DNA of 63,547 nt, filler included, from Aduncisulcus paluster (GCA_024181965.1; 16 parts of 16 records of this genome joined end to end with filler, not necessarily neighbours in it), one strand, 5' to 3'; shown: positions 23,308 to 34,862, numbered from the whole stretch's first letter. Notes: generated by a model not told the origin, from the sequence alone. Program-made: numbers and translations.

Positions 23308-25071
23308 GCTGGTATGACCATATTCACGTACACCAATATCGTTGTTCTTTTAGTTCTCCTGGTACTCTGTGTCATTGAAAGTGTTGTGTTCTATTCGTTT
23401 GTTACTGGTTTCTTCAGCAAGACAGAGACTTTCACTTCATTCGTTCCACTTATATCATCCATTGTCCCTCTCATCATGTTCCTTATCACTGGTTTCACGA
23501 CTCCTTCCAACACTGTCGTAGTCATTCTATGCGTATTTTTACCATATGGAGCAATGTTTCAGATGTTATTTGAGATGCAAAGAGCAGCTCTGAGTGGAGA
23601 AGGACTCGATCTCAGCGCTTTCCAAGAGTCCGATGTTTTAGTTGCTATTTTTGGTGCTATTGCTAACATTATCATCTTTGCAGCCCTTAACCTCATTGTG
23701 AATTTAATCATTGAGAAAATGAAGCGTGTGTCCGATGAGTCTGTTGAAGATGACGAGACTGAAATGATGGACAGGACAAGTCGGAGTATGGACATGGGTC
23801 GTGCTCTTCTCGATTCTTCTGAAAATCTCGGCACTATGCAATCCCGTGACACTTCTCTCAACGTGTTTGATCCAGCCTCCGTGATTGAAGTCCGTGATGC
23901 CGTTGAACGCCAGTACCTTGCTGATGGTTCTCCTAGTTCTAGCGCCATACTCTCTGCCCTTCCTCGTGTTTCTGGCACCACGTCCGGGTCTACCTCCTCA
24001 AGTCCTCTCATGAACTCCTCCAGTGAAGAGACATATGATTCCTATTCCTCTTTGGATCCCAGTATTAAGTATGCTCTCTACTCACACAAAGCATGCAAGA
24101 AATATACAAAGGATAGCGAATGGGCTGTGCATAAAGTTAGTATTGGTATAGAGAAAGGAAAGATCACTGTTCTCCTTGGAGCCAATGGAGCTGGTAAAAC
24201 TACCCTTATTCGTCTCCTCTCACACTCTTTGAAACCCACCAGAGGTGTCATTGTTCGGAGAGGTAAGATTGGAGTTGCCCCTCAATTTGATAACCATCTA
24301 CTTGAAGATTTAACTGTATATGAACACATCAAATTCTATGCCAAGATTACTGGATCATTCGCTGACCCTGAAGAAGCCTTCGCTCACACTGCAACTGTTT
24401 TATCTTTGGACGAATATCGAAACACCCCTTCCAAAGATCTCTCTGGTGGGTACAAACGTCGTCTCACCGTTGCCGTTGCCCTCTGTATGAGACCAGACGT
24501 CCTGTGTCTTGATGAGATCAGTACTGGTGTCGATCCTGCCGCTCGTCGTGTTCTCTGGGAAGCCCTGAAAGAGATGAAGAAGGATGTCGCTATTCTTCTT
24601 TCAACACATTCAATGGAGGAAGCAGAGAGTCTTGGTGATTCTATCGTGATTATGGCTCACTCACACGTGCATGTCTCTGGGGATGTCCCACAATTAACTC
24701 AGAAATTCAGTGAGAACTTCTGCCTGAGTCTTCGTGCCAAACTCGGTAATGAGGATGTATTCACGGAAGATGAGGCACGTGAAGCCGAAGAAAGGGGAGT
24801 TATCGATGGTGTAACCAACAAACAATGTATATCCGCATTGAGATTCATGAAATTGTTGGAAGAGAAAGGTGTGACTGATATAAGTGTTAAGAAGCTATTC
24901 TTGACAACCGATCACTTTGTCATGGAATTAAATGTGAATAAGGAAGGTTCAAGCCTTTCAAAATTGTTGAGAATCACAAATCAATTGAAGGAAAGCAATT
25001 ATCTTGAAGATTGTACGATACAATTGCCTTCTCTGGCACAAGTATTCAGTCAAATCGCAAGTAATTATTGA
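23308..25071 (+). CDS. ABC transporter subfamily A, 5'-partial
   Basis: TM helices then LLGANGAGKTT (Walker A), VAPQFD, LSGGYKRRL, LCLDEISTGVDPAARR, LSTHSMEEAESLGD and C-terminal SLAQVF. Confidence 0.92.
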   Translation, partial: AGMTIFTYTNIVVLLVLLVLCVIESVVFYSFVTGFFSKTETFTSFVPLISSIVPLIMFLITGFTTPSNTVVVILCVFLPYGAMFQMLFEMQRAALSGEGLDLSAFQESDVLVAIFGAIANIIIFAALNLIVNLIIEKMKRVSDESVEDDETEMMDRTSRSMDMGRALLDSSENLGTMQSRDTSLNVFDPASVIEVRDAVERQYLADGSPSSSAILSALPRVSGTTSGSTSSSPLMNSSSEETYDSYSSLDPSIKYALYSHKACKKYTKDSEWAVHKVSIGIEKGKITVLLGANGAGKTTLIRLLSHSLKPTRGVIVRRGKIGVAPQFDNHLLEDLTVYEHIKFYAKITGSFADPEEAFAHTATVLSLDEYRNTPSKDLSGGYKRRLTVAVALCMRPDVLCLDEISTGVDPAARRVLWEALKEMKKDVAILLSTHSMEEAESLGDSIVIMAHSHVHVSGDVPQLTQKFSENFCLSLRAKLGNEDVFTEDEAREAEERGVIDGVTNKQCISALRFMKLLEEKGVTDISVKKLFLTTDHFVMELNVNKEGSSLSKLLRITNQLKESNYLEDCTIQLPSLAQVFSQIASNY

Positions 25072-25330
25072 TGATAAAAGGAGGATCAAAATGATTTTTT
25101 GTTATCAACTTTATGTTCTTTTATTTTTATTGTATAAAGGGATCATTACATATTCTACAACAAATTCATTATACTGTCTTAAGTTAATGATGAATAACTC
25201 GAAAATAATCGCCAACAATATTAGAATAAATCTCTTAAAATGTTATATCTTATGATAAGCTTGAAATATGAAGAAATTTGGAAAAAAAATTGGATATAAA
25301 TTTATATATAAACCCCATTTTTTGTGGGTA

Positions 25331-25404
25331 GCCTGTATAGCTCAGTTGGTTAGAGCGGTGCACTTGTAATGCACAGGTCAGGAGTTCAAATCTCCTTACA
25401 GGCT
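25331..25404 (+). tRNA. trnT: tRNA-Thr(UGU)
   Basis: Acceptor GCCTGTA/TACAGGC, D arm GCTC..GAGC, anticodon arm GTGCA-CTTGTAA-TGCAC, T arm AGGAG-TTCAAAT-CTCCT; no CCA; followed by a T run (Pol III terminator). Confidence 0.97.
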
Positions 25405-26543
25405 TTTTTTTCTTTTTAGTTTTAATTAATTTTTTTCGTTTAAATTTACCTCCTCCTATGCTTGGCATGTCTCCATGCATATCCGTCTGTCCATGCCACC
25501 CCATTCTGGCTAGCTGTGGACACTTTTGGACAATCTTGCCGATGTTCTCTTTCCCTTTGCACACCACCCTCACGAAATGAATAATAAACACCCCATTATG
25601 CGGCTCACCCTCTTTTATTCCACATGAGCAGGCATACCATTGTTCCTTGCCGCCTTGGAACAAAATGGCTGTTACAAGTCGTGTTTTGTTGCAAGACTCG
25701 CAAGCTCCGTTATATTTGTGATCCACCGATCCCTTTATACATCCGTTATCTTGTAAAGATTATCATTTATATTTGCATTTGCTCTCTATTTATCTTGCCT
25801 ACTCTACAAATCGACATTCTTACTTCCCATGGGATCTGAAAAAGATATGTCCACGTCGTTATCCTCATCTACCAAAGTAACCACCCCCGACTCCTCGTCA
25901 GCGTCTGCCCCGTCCGCCCCCAGCGTTGAGTTCACGTACGATGAAATCTGTGCGGCCTTCAACCTTGTGAAGCGTGATTGGGCCGATGTCATTTCCGATT
26001 ATGATAAAGAAATATAATTATTTATTATTAAATGTCTCATAGATTCCAAAAAATTTCTCTCCATTTTGAAAGCCTCCTATAGTTGGAGTTTCCGATTTAA
26101 ACAATAAGAAAAGAGTTACTTTAATTATTTATTAATTTTATTCATCAAAAAATATAAAAAATTCTAATTAGTATGAATAATTTAAGAGATTGTCGAATTT
26201 CGATAAAAATCGATTCCAAGATTGTTTCAAGATACTGTTTATTGTGGATTATATGAGATTAAACTGGAACAAGGAATTAAATAGCTTCATCAAAAACTGA
26301 AATATCTGATCACATTCCAAAACTAACCCCCAATTATTCATATCCATCCAGAATAATCCATAGTCAAAGGAAATCATGACAAATAATTATGTAGGAAGGT
26401 TACAATGGTGACAAGGAAACTTATAATAATAATAATAATTAACGTAAGTAGAGAAAAATATCCAAATAAATTGTGGATCAATGGAATTCATATTTATGAT
26501 ATGGCAAAATTCGTATATTTTAGGCCGAGTAAGATCGACTCAC

Positions 26544-28673
26544 TCACTGCAATTCATCTTGCCAATGGTCTTCTCCAAGTCTAATGTGAAGTCTCTTGAT
26601 CTCCTTGATATTCTTCATAACCTCTCTCTTGAGTTTATCATCTTCAACCAAAAGATCGGATAAGGTCTTAATAATGGCAGTGTTATGGTTTTTATAGATC
26701 GATAGCATGACACCGAATATGAGGGCGAATATTCCAATTATCAAGGGACTAAGAACAACGTTAAGAAGACCTTCAAGGGTGAGTTCAGTATCTGTGGCTT
26801 CACCGGTAATTGTTGAGCTGATAGTAAATCCAAGGTCGACTTCAGACATGAAATTCTTGAGAGTCTGCATGTATCCAACTCCATCATGTGGTCCACAATC
26901 AAGCTTCACAGCCATGCAATAAGCAATCGGGATAAGCATGATCAAGAAAATGAGACTGAAAAGACCAGAGAAGAACTTATTAAGGCTTCCAGCTCCCCAT
27001 GGTTTGTCAGCACGGCAACAAAAGAGCATAATCTGAGCCTTACTAAGATAGAATGTAACAATCGAACACAACATGTTGACAATGGCCAATCCAGGCGCAA
27101 ATATGACACCAATAGTGGTCAGAACGAAGGAGTACACGGCACTGACGAAGAAATCAGAGACTTCAAAACTTTTTTCGGGCATCCCAATCAAGTAGGTGAG
27201 AACAAATGGAACAACAATGCGCATGACAACGCTCATGATAGTATCTGTGAGCACCAACTGCCACATCTGAGATCCAACAATATTGGCAGGACATGATCTG
27301 AAAGCGAGTTTCTCTTCGTCGCTCCAACTGTCGTCACCATCGATTGTCCTCTTCAATTCCAACAAAGTAAGGAACAGATTGACGATTTGGATGGTTAACG
27401 TGAATAGAACTTCGTGGATCATCTTTGTTGACTCGTACTCAAGCATCTCAACCTTGTCAACAATCATTTTGACCAGAGGAGGAGTGATTGTATTAATGGC
27501 TTGGATGAACAGGGCCACAACAGATGCTGAAAGGGAATCTATGTTCTGAAGAGAGGTGATAGACCACACAAAGAGGACCAGAAGACACAAAATACTCAGA
27601 ACACCGAGGAAATTACGACCCATACGAACAAACCTGTACCGATCTCCACCGGTAAGTCTACCGGCACCAAGACGAAGGCCAACGGAAGTATCGTGAAGAA
27701 TAATTGAATTCTGTTTGTTTGTAGCTTCAGATCCTCGCTTGGAAGCCTGGGAATGATTCCATCCAGTAAACAGTTTCTTACTGAATGAAGCTTCGATGAG
27801 AGCCCATCTTCTGATCTCTTCACGACTAATCCCTGTCTTTATGGTCATTTTCTGCCCCTCTGCAACACTGGCTCCACCATCAAAGGCAGCTGCAGAACTG
27901 ATGGCACCAAGACACACAAAGAAGGTGATAATCAAGAAAATAAAGATTATCAGAGACATGGCGAGATCCATATGATATGTATTATCATGAATTGTATAGC
28001 TTGCATCATAAGCGGCATAAAATGAAGCCGTATCAAGAATATCATATTGAGGGGCTAAGAAATATTTTATATTACTGTTTTTAATGGCTTCAAACAATCT
28101 AGTAAAAGAATCAGTAAAAAATGTTGGACACATGATAACGGAAAAGAAGAGAATAGCGGAAAAGATGTGGATACTGACTATCGTTCTATAAAACCGGAAA
28201 ACAGCACCTTCACCTGCTCCAAATGTAGATTCAACATCTTTAATGGCCTCTCTGAAGAGGGGATTCTTATCCTTGATGTTGGAAAAGTTTTTCCAACCAC
28301 GAACAATACTAGAACCTAAATCTTTCCAAAATCCAGTGAATTTATCCCAACAAGTCTTATCCTCCTCTTCTTCTTCCTCAGAAACAGTATAACCTTCCAC
28401 AACTTGCTTAGATCTGTGCAATTTAATGAGTGTTTGCATCTGCTCTTTCCACACGAGGTTAGAACTTCGAGAAAATCTCAATTGATTCCTTACAACCCTT
28501 TTCTTTTCATTTTCAACAGCTTTTCTCCATTGGAAAAGTTCTCCGGGTGTAGGATTTTTGGATACACGGTCTTCTATCTTGTCTTTTGGTATTATGTCTG
28601 GATATGAGATAACGATGGTTTCAGTATCGATATCTCCTTGATTTCGAAGCTCGGAGGCTTGAATTATTGCCAT
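26544..28673 (-). CDS. TMC: Transmembrane channel-like (TMC) family protein
   Basis: About 709 aa from first ATG, multi-TM; IKDVESTFGAG..FRF, YHMDLA, FSKKLFTGW, CPANIVGSQMWQL..D, FEVSD, IGVIFAPGL, KPWGA, CGPHDG follow the TMC motif order. Confidence 0.85.
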   Translation of the reverse strand: MAIIQASELRNQGDIDTETIVISYPDIIPKDKIEDRVSKNPTPGELFQWRKAVENEKKRVVRNQLRFSRSSNLVWKEQMQTLIKLHRSKQVVEGYTVSEEEEEEDKTCWDKFTGFWKDLGSSIVRGWKNFSNIKDKNPLFREAIKDVESTFGAGEGAVFRFYRTIVSIHIFSAILFFSVIMCPTFFTDSFTRLFEAIKNSNIKYFLAPQYDILDTASFYAAYDASYTIHDNTYHMDLAMSLIIFIFLIITFFVCLGAISSAAAFDGGASVAEGQKMTIKTGISREEIRRWALIEASFSKKLFTGWNHSQASKRGSEATNKQNSIILHDTSVGLRLGAGRLTGGDRYRFVRMGRNFLGVLSILCLLVLFVWSITSLQNIDSLSASVVALFIQAINTITPPLVKMIVDKVEMLEYESTKMIHEVLFTLTIQIVNLFLTLLELKRTIDGDDSWSDEEKLAFRSCPANIVGSQMWQLVLTDTIMSVVMRIVVPFVLTYLIGMPEKSFEVSDFFVSAVYSFVLTTIGVIFAPGLAIVNMLCSIVTFYLSKAQIMLFCCRADKPWGAGSLNKFFSGLFSLIFLIMLIPIAYCMAVKLDCGPHDGVGYMQTLKNFMSEVDLGFTISSTITGEATDTELTLEGLLNVVLSPLIIGIFALIFGVMLSIYKNHNTAIIKTLSDLLVEDDKLKREVMKNIKEIKRLHIRLGEDHWQDELQ

Positions 28674-29654
28674 TTTACCAGTCAAAATAGGCTTTGCGGA
28701 AATGTGAGATTATTATATCACTAAATAGCAAATCAAAACAATTTATCATTCTACTTCATGACGATAGAAATAATTAATAAATTTATTTGTGGGTTTAATC
28801 TCATATTCCCGCAAGACAAAAACTTCAAGTTGTTTTAGAATTTGAGGGAAAATCTGACGCTGACGTTAACGCCAGGCGACGTTTCTCGGCGAACGACAGA
28901 TTGAAAAGGATATTGAAGGTTATGAATGTATTACATTTGACTTCCGTTTCCAACTCATAGGCCCTATGACATAGGGATTTTGTCCAACAATCTATAATAA
29001 AGACCCCGGATGAAATGATAGTTCCAAGTCTTGGAATCCAAGAAACACGTTTTCCCCTGGATATAAATATGTTTGTTTGCAGTATTGTAAAGATACACCT
29101 CAGACGATGGTACAATCTTGTCCCTCACTTTTGTTTAATTGCCCAATGATCGGAATTTCACTTCTCGACACGGATTGCTCCTCGGTATCTTCATCTTCCG
29201 TCATCTCTTCAAGCGCTGAGGGATCAATATACACACATTCAGACATTTGATGGACATCANNNNNNNNNNNNNNNNNNNNNNNNNNNNNNNNNNNNNNNNN
29301 NNNTTAATTAATTAANNNNNNNNNNNNNNNNNNNNNNNNNNNNNNNNNNNNNNNNNNNNATGTCAAACATGGTAGTGACATGAAACCATTCTTTTGAGCG
29401 TTGAACGTCACCCCTTGGCCCCGATTTGCAAAGTGATCAAAATCCAAAATCGACTTATCCTTTGCCTTCGCATTCCACATCCGAATAAATATCCACAAGA
29501 CATTTCATTTATTCCATTATTCGCGAAATGTGTTGAAATGACCATAGACACGGAATTTGATAAGCCTTGAATCGAACGATGGATGTTTTGGACACAATCA
29601 TTCGGTTCGTTAGGTATATACAAGACGCTAGCACAGTCTAACATTTCATAAAAC

Positions 29655-32600
29655 ATGTTTTTAAATCATTTTTGCCGATTATTCTTTCTATATTTGATAT
29701 CATTCCTGATTTGTTGTTCTTCAGCTTCTAATTCTGAAATCATCGAATCTTTTCTGGAGACAATGGATTTTTTCAAGGGTATTGCATCTGAGAGTATTCC
29801 TATGGACGATTTCGCAAAGTATTATTCTCACACAGCACCTGTAATTGAACGGGCTCCCGTTTCAACAATCGCTGAAGATATTTCGAATGGAGTTCAACTC
29901 TCAGTTGCCAATCTTTTTGCTTATTTATCAGATTTTGCCACTCCCATCCAGGATATCTTCTTTGATCATGGTGATTTTTCCCAAGTAACCGAGAATTCAT
30001 ATGAATCATGTGCTTATTCAACCTACAAGCCCTTTGAAGAAGAAAATGAAATTAGTTCTGACGAATATCCCTTTCAATTCATTGGCCAAAATGATGAAGA
30101 ATATCAGATGTCATGGGAAAAGTTTTCCTATTTCACTCCTGTAAAAATTGATTCATTTTATGATACAGCCAACTATGCCACCCTTAATGTAATTTGTGAT
30201 ATCCAAGAGGATGCCACATTCCTCCCAACTCTTAAAAATTATATTCAGTCAACATTCGACCTGAATTTCGCCCGTCTTATTAGTGTAGGGGGAGTTGAAT
30301 TCACTTACCCTGCGATTTATTCGGCTGAATCCATTCAATCAGCCTCTGTTAGCATGTTCGATAGGATGACCCGTCAACCCCATCGCGATCCCTCCATTCT
30401 GCTTACTGACTCTTTCTTTATGCGTCGTGGTGTTGTAATTGTTCTTGACACGACGATTGATGAGAGATTGAGCAGTTTGTTGTCTTATAATATCGGTGGT
30501 GATGTCGTCGAATCATCATACCTCTCCTCAGCCACATCCAACTCTTCTTCAACCACCAGTCAATCTTCCTCCAATATAATCACATACGAATCGCTTCTTA
30601 CAGGCCTTATGGCAGCTCTTTCCGAGTATATTTCGCTTCTAAATGAACATACATACCTGGCAGTGGTTGATACCAATGGAGATTGGATGGGATACTTATT
30701 CCCTTCCGATTCCACTGCAGCAAAGACTTGTTTGGGATCAACGAACAGTGTCAAGACAGGAGGTCTCACTAGAATGACCTCAAACGCTCGAACTGCCCTA
30801 GTTGACAACCTCACAAAATACTTTGCTTCTCTGTCTCTCGATGGACACACAGTAAGCAATCAGACCAATTCCACGTACGCCGAAGAGAACAATCCCTTGT
30901 TCTCGACGACAGAGCTTGCTATCCAGCTTCTGAGAAGTTCCGTAGATCCCACCATTGATCTCCCCACCATTCTTGATGAGAAGAGTTCCTCAACATTCCT
31001 CTCATCCATCACAGAAAGAGATCAACTGAGCAACACTGGCCGTCCTTTGGCCCAAGGATCCCCACTCTCGATGGTCTTCTTCTCTCTGGGATCGACTCCA
31101 CACCCGTACTTTCTAATATGGCTAAGACACCAGCTCCAAGCTATCTCGGCAGCCCCTATCCTGCCTATGTGGATGTACATAAACTCTCAACAGATGTGGT
31201 GTGATTCATACGGGTACCTTGAGAACCAAGTCTCTCTGTACGAGTCCCATCTGAAGGGAAAGAAGAATATCCATCTCATGAATGCCATGTACACCGATGC
31301 TGTTGCCCAAGATCTTTCCAGATCCACCCTTTTGCTCGAATCCTTTGTTGATACTCTGAAATCTCTTCAAATACCTGTGTACGAAGTCAGTCTCTCAGAT
31401 GCTTGGGAGGAAGCTCGTCATTTATTCCACACATTCTCTGCAGATTATAGCTCTGAAGCCTCCACTGCTTGTGGAAGTGTTAGCGATTGTGACACTGATC
31501 TTATGGCTTCTATTTTGGCTCTGAAAGACACCTCAGAGATTACCACTGCAATGGAATTTGTGAAAGGCGTCGACAAATCGTTCTGTCTTCAGATTTTTGT
31601 CGACATGTATTGTGAGGGCACCATCATCAGCGCTGAGGATAAAGCTGCCCACTGTGGTATCATGATCCAGGATGCCAGTCGTGATACCTTGGAGTTCATC
31701 TCCTCAATTATCCCCCCATCTTTTAGTTCAATCATTGATCCAATCACTGGGAAATCCAAGTATGCAATTACAAAGCCTATCCTCAGTTTATCTGGTGAAA
31801 TTGTTGCCTTTGCGAGTACCACAATGGATATGTTTGTGAATGGAATGAGTTTCTACCAGAGAGCGTGCGAATATAACTCCAATTATACATATATCCTCCC
31901 CCTTTTGAACTCAAAGTATGAATCTCTCTATCTCACTCAGAGATATTCATATGTCATGTTCTTTGACATTTATGGATCCACCATTAGCCATCAAGCCCTC
32001 GTTGAAGGTGGAATGTCCGCCACTTCAGTCGATATTGATATCCTGGAGCCTATTATTACCAGTGAAGACGGGTCCACAACCTTCTCCGAGCTTGTTCTCA
32101 GCAAGATCATCGATAGTCACATTGAAGAAGGATCCATCACAGCCACCGTTGCCAGACAGATGCACATCAATTCCTCCCTTGTGTCCAATCTAACTGTTGA
32201 GTATCGTTGGCACTCTACATCGGACGGTGTCATCTCTGTTGTGTGTTTGGGTAGTCCAGACACGATAACTGTCACGGACACTGTGATATCTGACAAGTGT
32301 GATGAGAGTTACCCTGCACCTGGGGATTCTATTGATGCTGATTACAGTGCCACAGATCCCTTGTTTGCCCTTAATTCATGTCTCTACCCCGTTGTTTTCT
32401 CTGCTGTGAAACATTTGACAGATGAGGAGCTCTCAATTCTTGGCTTCTCGACGATGCCGTCTGAATATGTCTTAATATCAGGGCAAATGGTGCTGTTTGG
32501 ATCGACTCTGTATCTTGATGACGAAGAGACGATGACCAGGCTTGGATATTCGGATGAATCTGACATGACCATTGATCTCGTCCAGGATCTTAGTAATTAT

Positions 32601-33779
32601 TACAGTGGAGATCCAGCTAGTCAAGTATGGGGAAATTCGACTGAACTTTCCACCTCACGCATCATGTCAGGTCTGGATTACTATTGGCGTAGTGAACTCG
32701 GTCAGTCCGATACCCCCAAGACTGTCCTTTACTCCGCCTCTATCCTCGATCTCTTCTCAGCTACTCGTGTTGCCTTCCTTGACCCTCCCCTGTCTTATTC
32801 ATACAATATGAGAGAACGTGACTACTTCCAGGAGTCTGTTTCTCTTGATTCTAGTGTCTATAGTTACCACTTTGTTCCCCTCTACACTCATTCTGCGACT
32901 CAAGAAATGGTTCTCTCTGTCGTCATGCCAGTTCCAGTCACAGTGACCGATATTTCCTCTGTTGGGATCAATGTAAGTGCCAACAAGTACTCTGCGAAAG
33001 CTAGTTTTACAATGGAGATTACACAGCAGGTTGTGAATGAATCTCTCTGTGGTCAGTCAAACTATACGTGTTTCATTCTTTCTCAGACTGGAATTGTATT
33101 GTTTGTGAACGATGATACCATGATGACCATCGTTGAGCATTCTGTGGAAGATGGTATCAATACTTTGTTCTCTGACATTGCTCCTGGACTTGGAAATGCC
33201 CTGGTTGAAGATGGCATCTTTAACCAATATTCTGTGTATGTTCCTTACATCCAATCTGAAGAATCTGTGTTCTTTTCAAATCCAGACATTTTCTCTGACT
33301 CTTCCACAACTCAGTATTCTGTGAGTTTGTCAGGTGAATCATACACTGTTGGAGCTCTTAGTGGTGTTGTGAACTCTGAGTGTTCAGACTCGGCCGAAGA
33401 AATTTCTTATATTGCCTTCGAAGCTCCAGAAGTGACCACAATCTGTGTTGTTGTTACGAACTACCCTTCCGAAGACCTCTGTGAGTTTTCATATACTTCC
33501 ACTTCCTCTTCTTCTTCCTCTTCCTCAACAGGTTACACTGCTCAGTGTGACGATACGTCTACAAATGAAATTAGTCACCTTTGGAGCATGGGGACCTCTT
33601 GCATTGGGGAGCAGACATGCACGGGATCTTCTACCCCAGGAATTCCTCATTTCTGCACTTTTGAAGGGTGTTCTGATTCTTCAGGAACTAAATCATATGA
33701 TGTCAAGATCTGTCTGATCATGTCTTTATCCATGCTAATGGTAACCATTCTTTCAATATTCGCATGGCTTTATCTCTAA
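29655..33779 (+). CDS. alpha2delta/CACHD1-like Cache and VWA domain membrane protein
   Basis: Signal peptide, VWA-like start RRGVVIVLD, Cache-like motifs IIDPITGKSKYAITKPI, YSYVMFFDIYGSTISH, YNMRERDYFQ, PLYTHSATQEMVLSVVMPV, CFILSQTGIVL, FSDIAPGLGNALV, and a C-terminal hydrophobic anchor. Confidence 0.75.
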   Translation: MFLNHFCRLFFLYLISFLICCSSASNSEIIESFLETMDFFKGIASESIPMDDFAKYYSHTAPVIERAPVSTIAEDISNGVQLSVANLFAYLSDFATPIQDIFFDHGDFSQVTENSYESCAYSTYKPFEEENEISSDEYPFQFIGQNDEEYQMSWEKFSYFTPVKIDSFYDTANYATLNVICDIQEDATFLPTLKNYIQSTFDLNFARLISVGGVEFTYPAIYSAESIQSASVSMFDRMTRQPHRDPSILLTDSFFMRRGVVIVLDTTIDERLSSLLSYNIGGDVVESSYLSSATSNSSSTTSQSSSNIITYESLLTGLMAALSEYISLLNEHTYLAVVDTNGDWMGYLFPSDSTAAKTCLGSTNSVKTGGLTRMTSNARTALVDNLTKYFASLSLDGHTVSNQTNSTYAEENNPLFSTTELAIQLLRSSVDPTIDLPTILDEKSSSTFLSSITERDQLSNTGRPLAQGSPLSMVFFSLGSTPHPYFLIWLRHQLQAISAAPILPMWMYINSQQMWCDSYGYLENQVSLYESHLKGKKNIHLMNAMYTDAVAQDLSRSTLLLESFVDTLKSLQIPVYEVSLSDAWEEARHLFHTFSADYSSEASTACGSVSDCDTDLMASILALKDTSEITTAMEFVKGVDKSFCLQIFVDMYCEGTIISAEDKAAHCGIMIQDASRDTLEFISSIIPPSFSSIIDPITGKSKYAITKPILSLSGEIVAFASTTMDMFVNGMSFYQRACEYNSNYTYILPLLNSKYESLYLTQRYSYVMFFDIYGSTISHQALVEGGMSATSVDIDILEPIITSEDGSTTFSELVLSKIIDSHIEEGSITATVARQMHINSSLVSNLTVEYRWHSTSDGVISVVCLGSPDTITVTDTVISDKCDESYPAPGDSIDADYSATDPLFALNSCLYPVVFSAVKHLTDEELSILGFSTMPSEYVLISGQMVLFGSTLYLDDEETMTRLGYSDESDMTIDLVQDLSNYYSGDPASQVWGNSTELSTSRIMSGLDYYWRSELGQSDTPKTVLYSASILDLFSATRVAFLDPPLSYSYNMRERDYFQESVSLDSSVYSYHFVPLYTHSATQEMVLSVVMPVPVTVTDISSVGINVSANKYSAKASFTMEITQQVVNESLCGQSNYTCFILSQTGIVLFVNDDTMMTIVEHSVEDGINTLFSDIAPGLGNALVEDGIFNQYSVYVPYIQSEESVFFSNPDIFSDSSTTQYSVSLSGESYTVGALSGVVNSECSDSAEEISYIAFEAPEVTTICVVVTNYPSEDLCEFSYTSTSSSSSSSSTGYTAQCDDTSTNEISHLWSMGTSCIGEQTCTGSSTPGIPHFCTFEGCSDSSGTKSYDVKICLIMSLSMLMVTILSIFAWLYL

Positions 33780-34862
33780 TATCTAAATATTGATTCCTCA
33801 TAATTCTATTTATATCTTTTTGAGATACTTTAAATATTCTTATAAATATTTAATATTTCAATTTTTTATATGTCTCTCTTCAATGATTCTCATCTTATTT
33901 TATCCTTTTGCTTATCATTTCCTTTTCCCTCTTCTCAATTTTACAATATTATATACTTTTTTCTTACGTTGTTATACGTGTCTTGTGATTCCTCAATGTT
34001 CTTCTCCTTTAATTTAATGGTTTGTGTTCGTAAATACCATTATTAGGTGTCTTACAATTCTCTTTGGGTATTCCTGTGCTTGTGTTTTGATGATATGTTA
34101 TATATACATTTGCACTCGGTCGATGGATCCAAATGGTTCCACTTAGTTATGGGCTACTGACTATCATATGTCTCGTAACTGATCCCAGCTAATGATCTTT
34201 TTATCTGTGATGTTGGCAGATCTGAGCTATATTTTTAGTTCAACTTGTACTGTTTGAAACAGGGTTTTCCCTGTTTTGTTGAAATCAAGCTCCCTTAGAA
34301 TCCTCAGCGACATGAAATAATTTGGGTTGGCCCATTGTACTTTCCATTGTTTTTTCCAAAAAGGCAAGTCCAGTATGCCAATTGAGGATTGCTATATTCC
34401 CAATATATTGATTTATTTTGTCTTAAGCCTTCATTTTTCACTCGTCAAAAAAGAGTAAATTGTGGTGAATTTTCCGTATTACTTCAATTCGTGAGGAGGA
34501 AACGCCTCGTTCGAGTGTTTATTTATAGGACCTCGTTCCGAACCAACAGTTAACGTCATAATTGACGGATTTCGGTAGTTGAAAACCCTCTTTAGTTAAA
34601 ATACCCCGAAAAATCGACGTGTGCCTATTTTCGATCTCACGAATGTGCCACAATAAAAACATTTTCACAAAATCCATTATCGCGCTCTATTTGTCTCAAT
34701 TTTCAATAAAGAAAAAAATAAACTAAGTCATAGCAGTATTTCATTCATTAATTTTTGGTTTATAAGGGGCGTATTGATTTTTTTCTCCCTCAAGTAATAA
34801 TATTTCTTTTTCTTGTTACCAAAAGAATATAATTTGTTTTTGATAACTCTCATACCATAACC

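Noticed and set aside
1371-25404. Functional linkage of SUA5 with a t6A-substrate tRNA-Thr
   Set aside because: They are on different contigs; co-occurrence is accidental.
25250-25726. 158-aa minus-strand ORF as a full gene
   Set aside because: It runs antisense through the tRNA and its T tract, so at least the 3' half is spurious.
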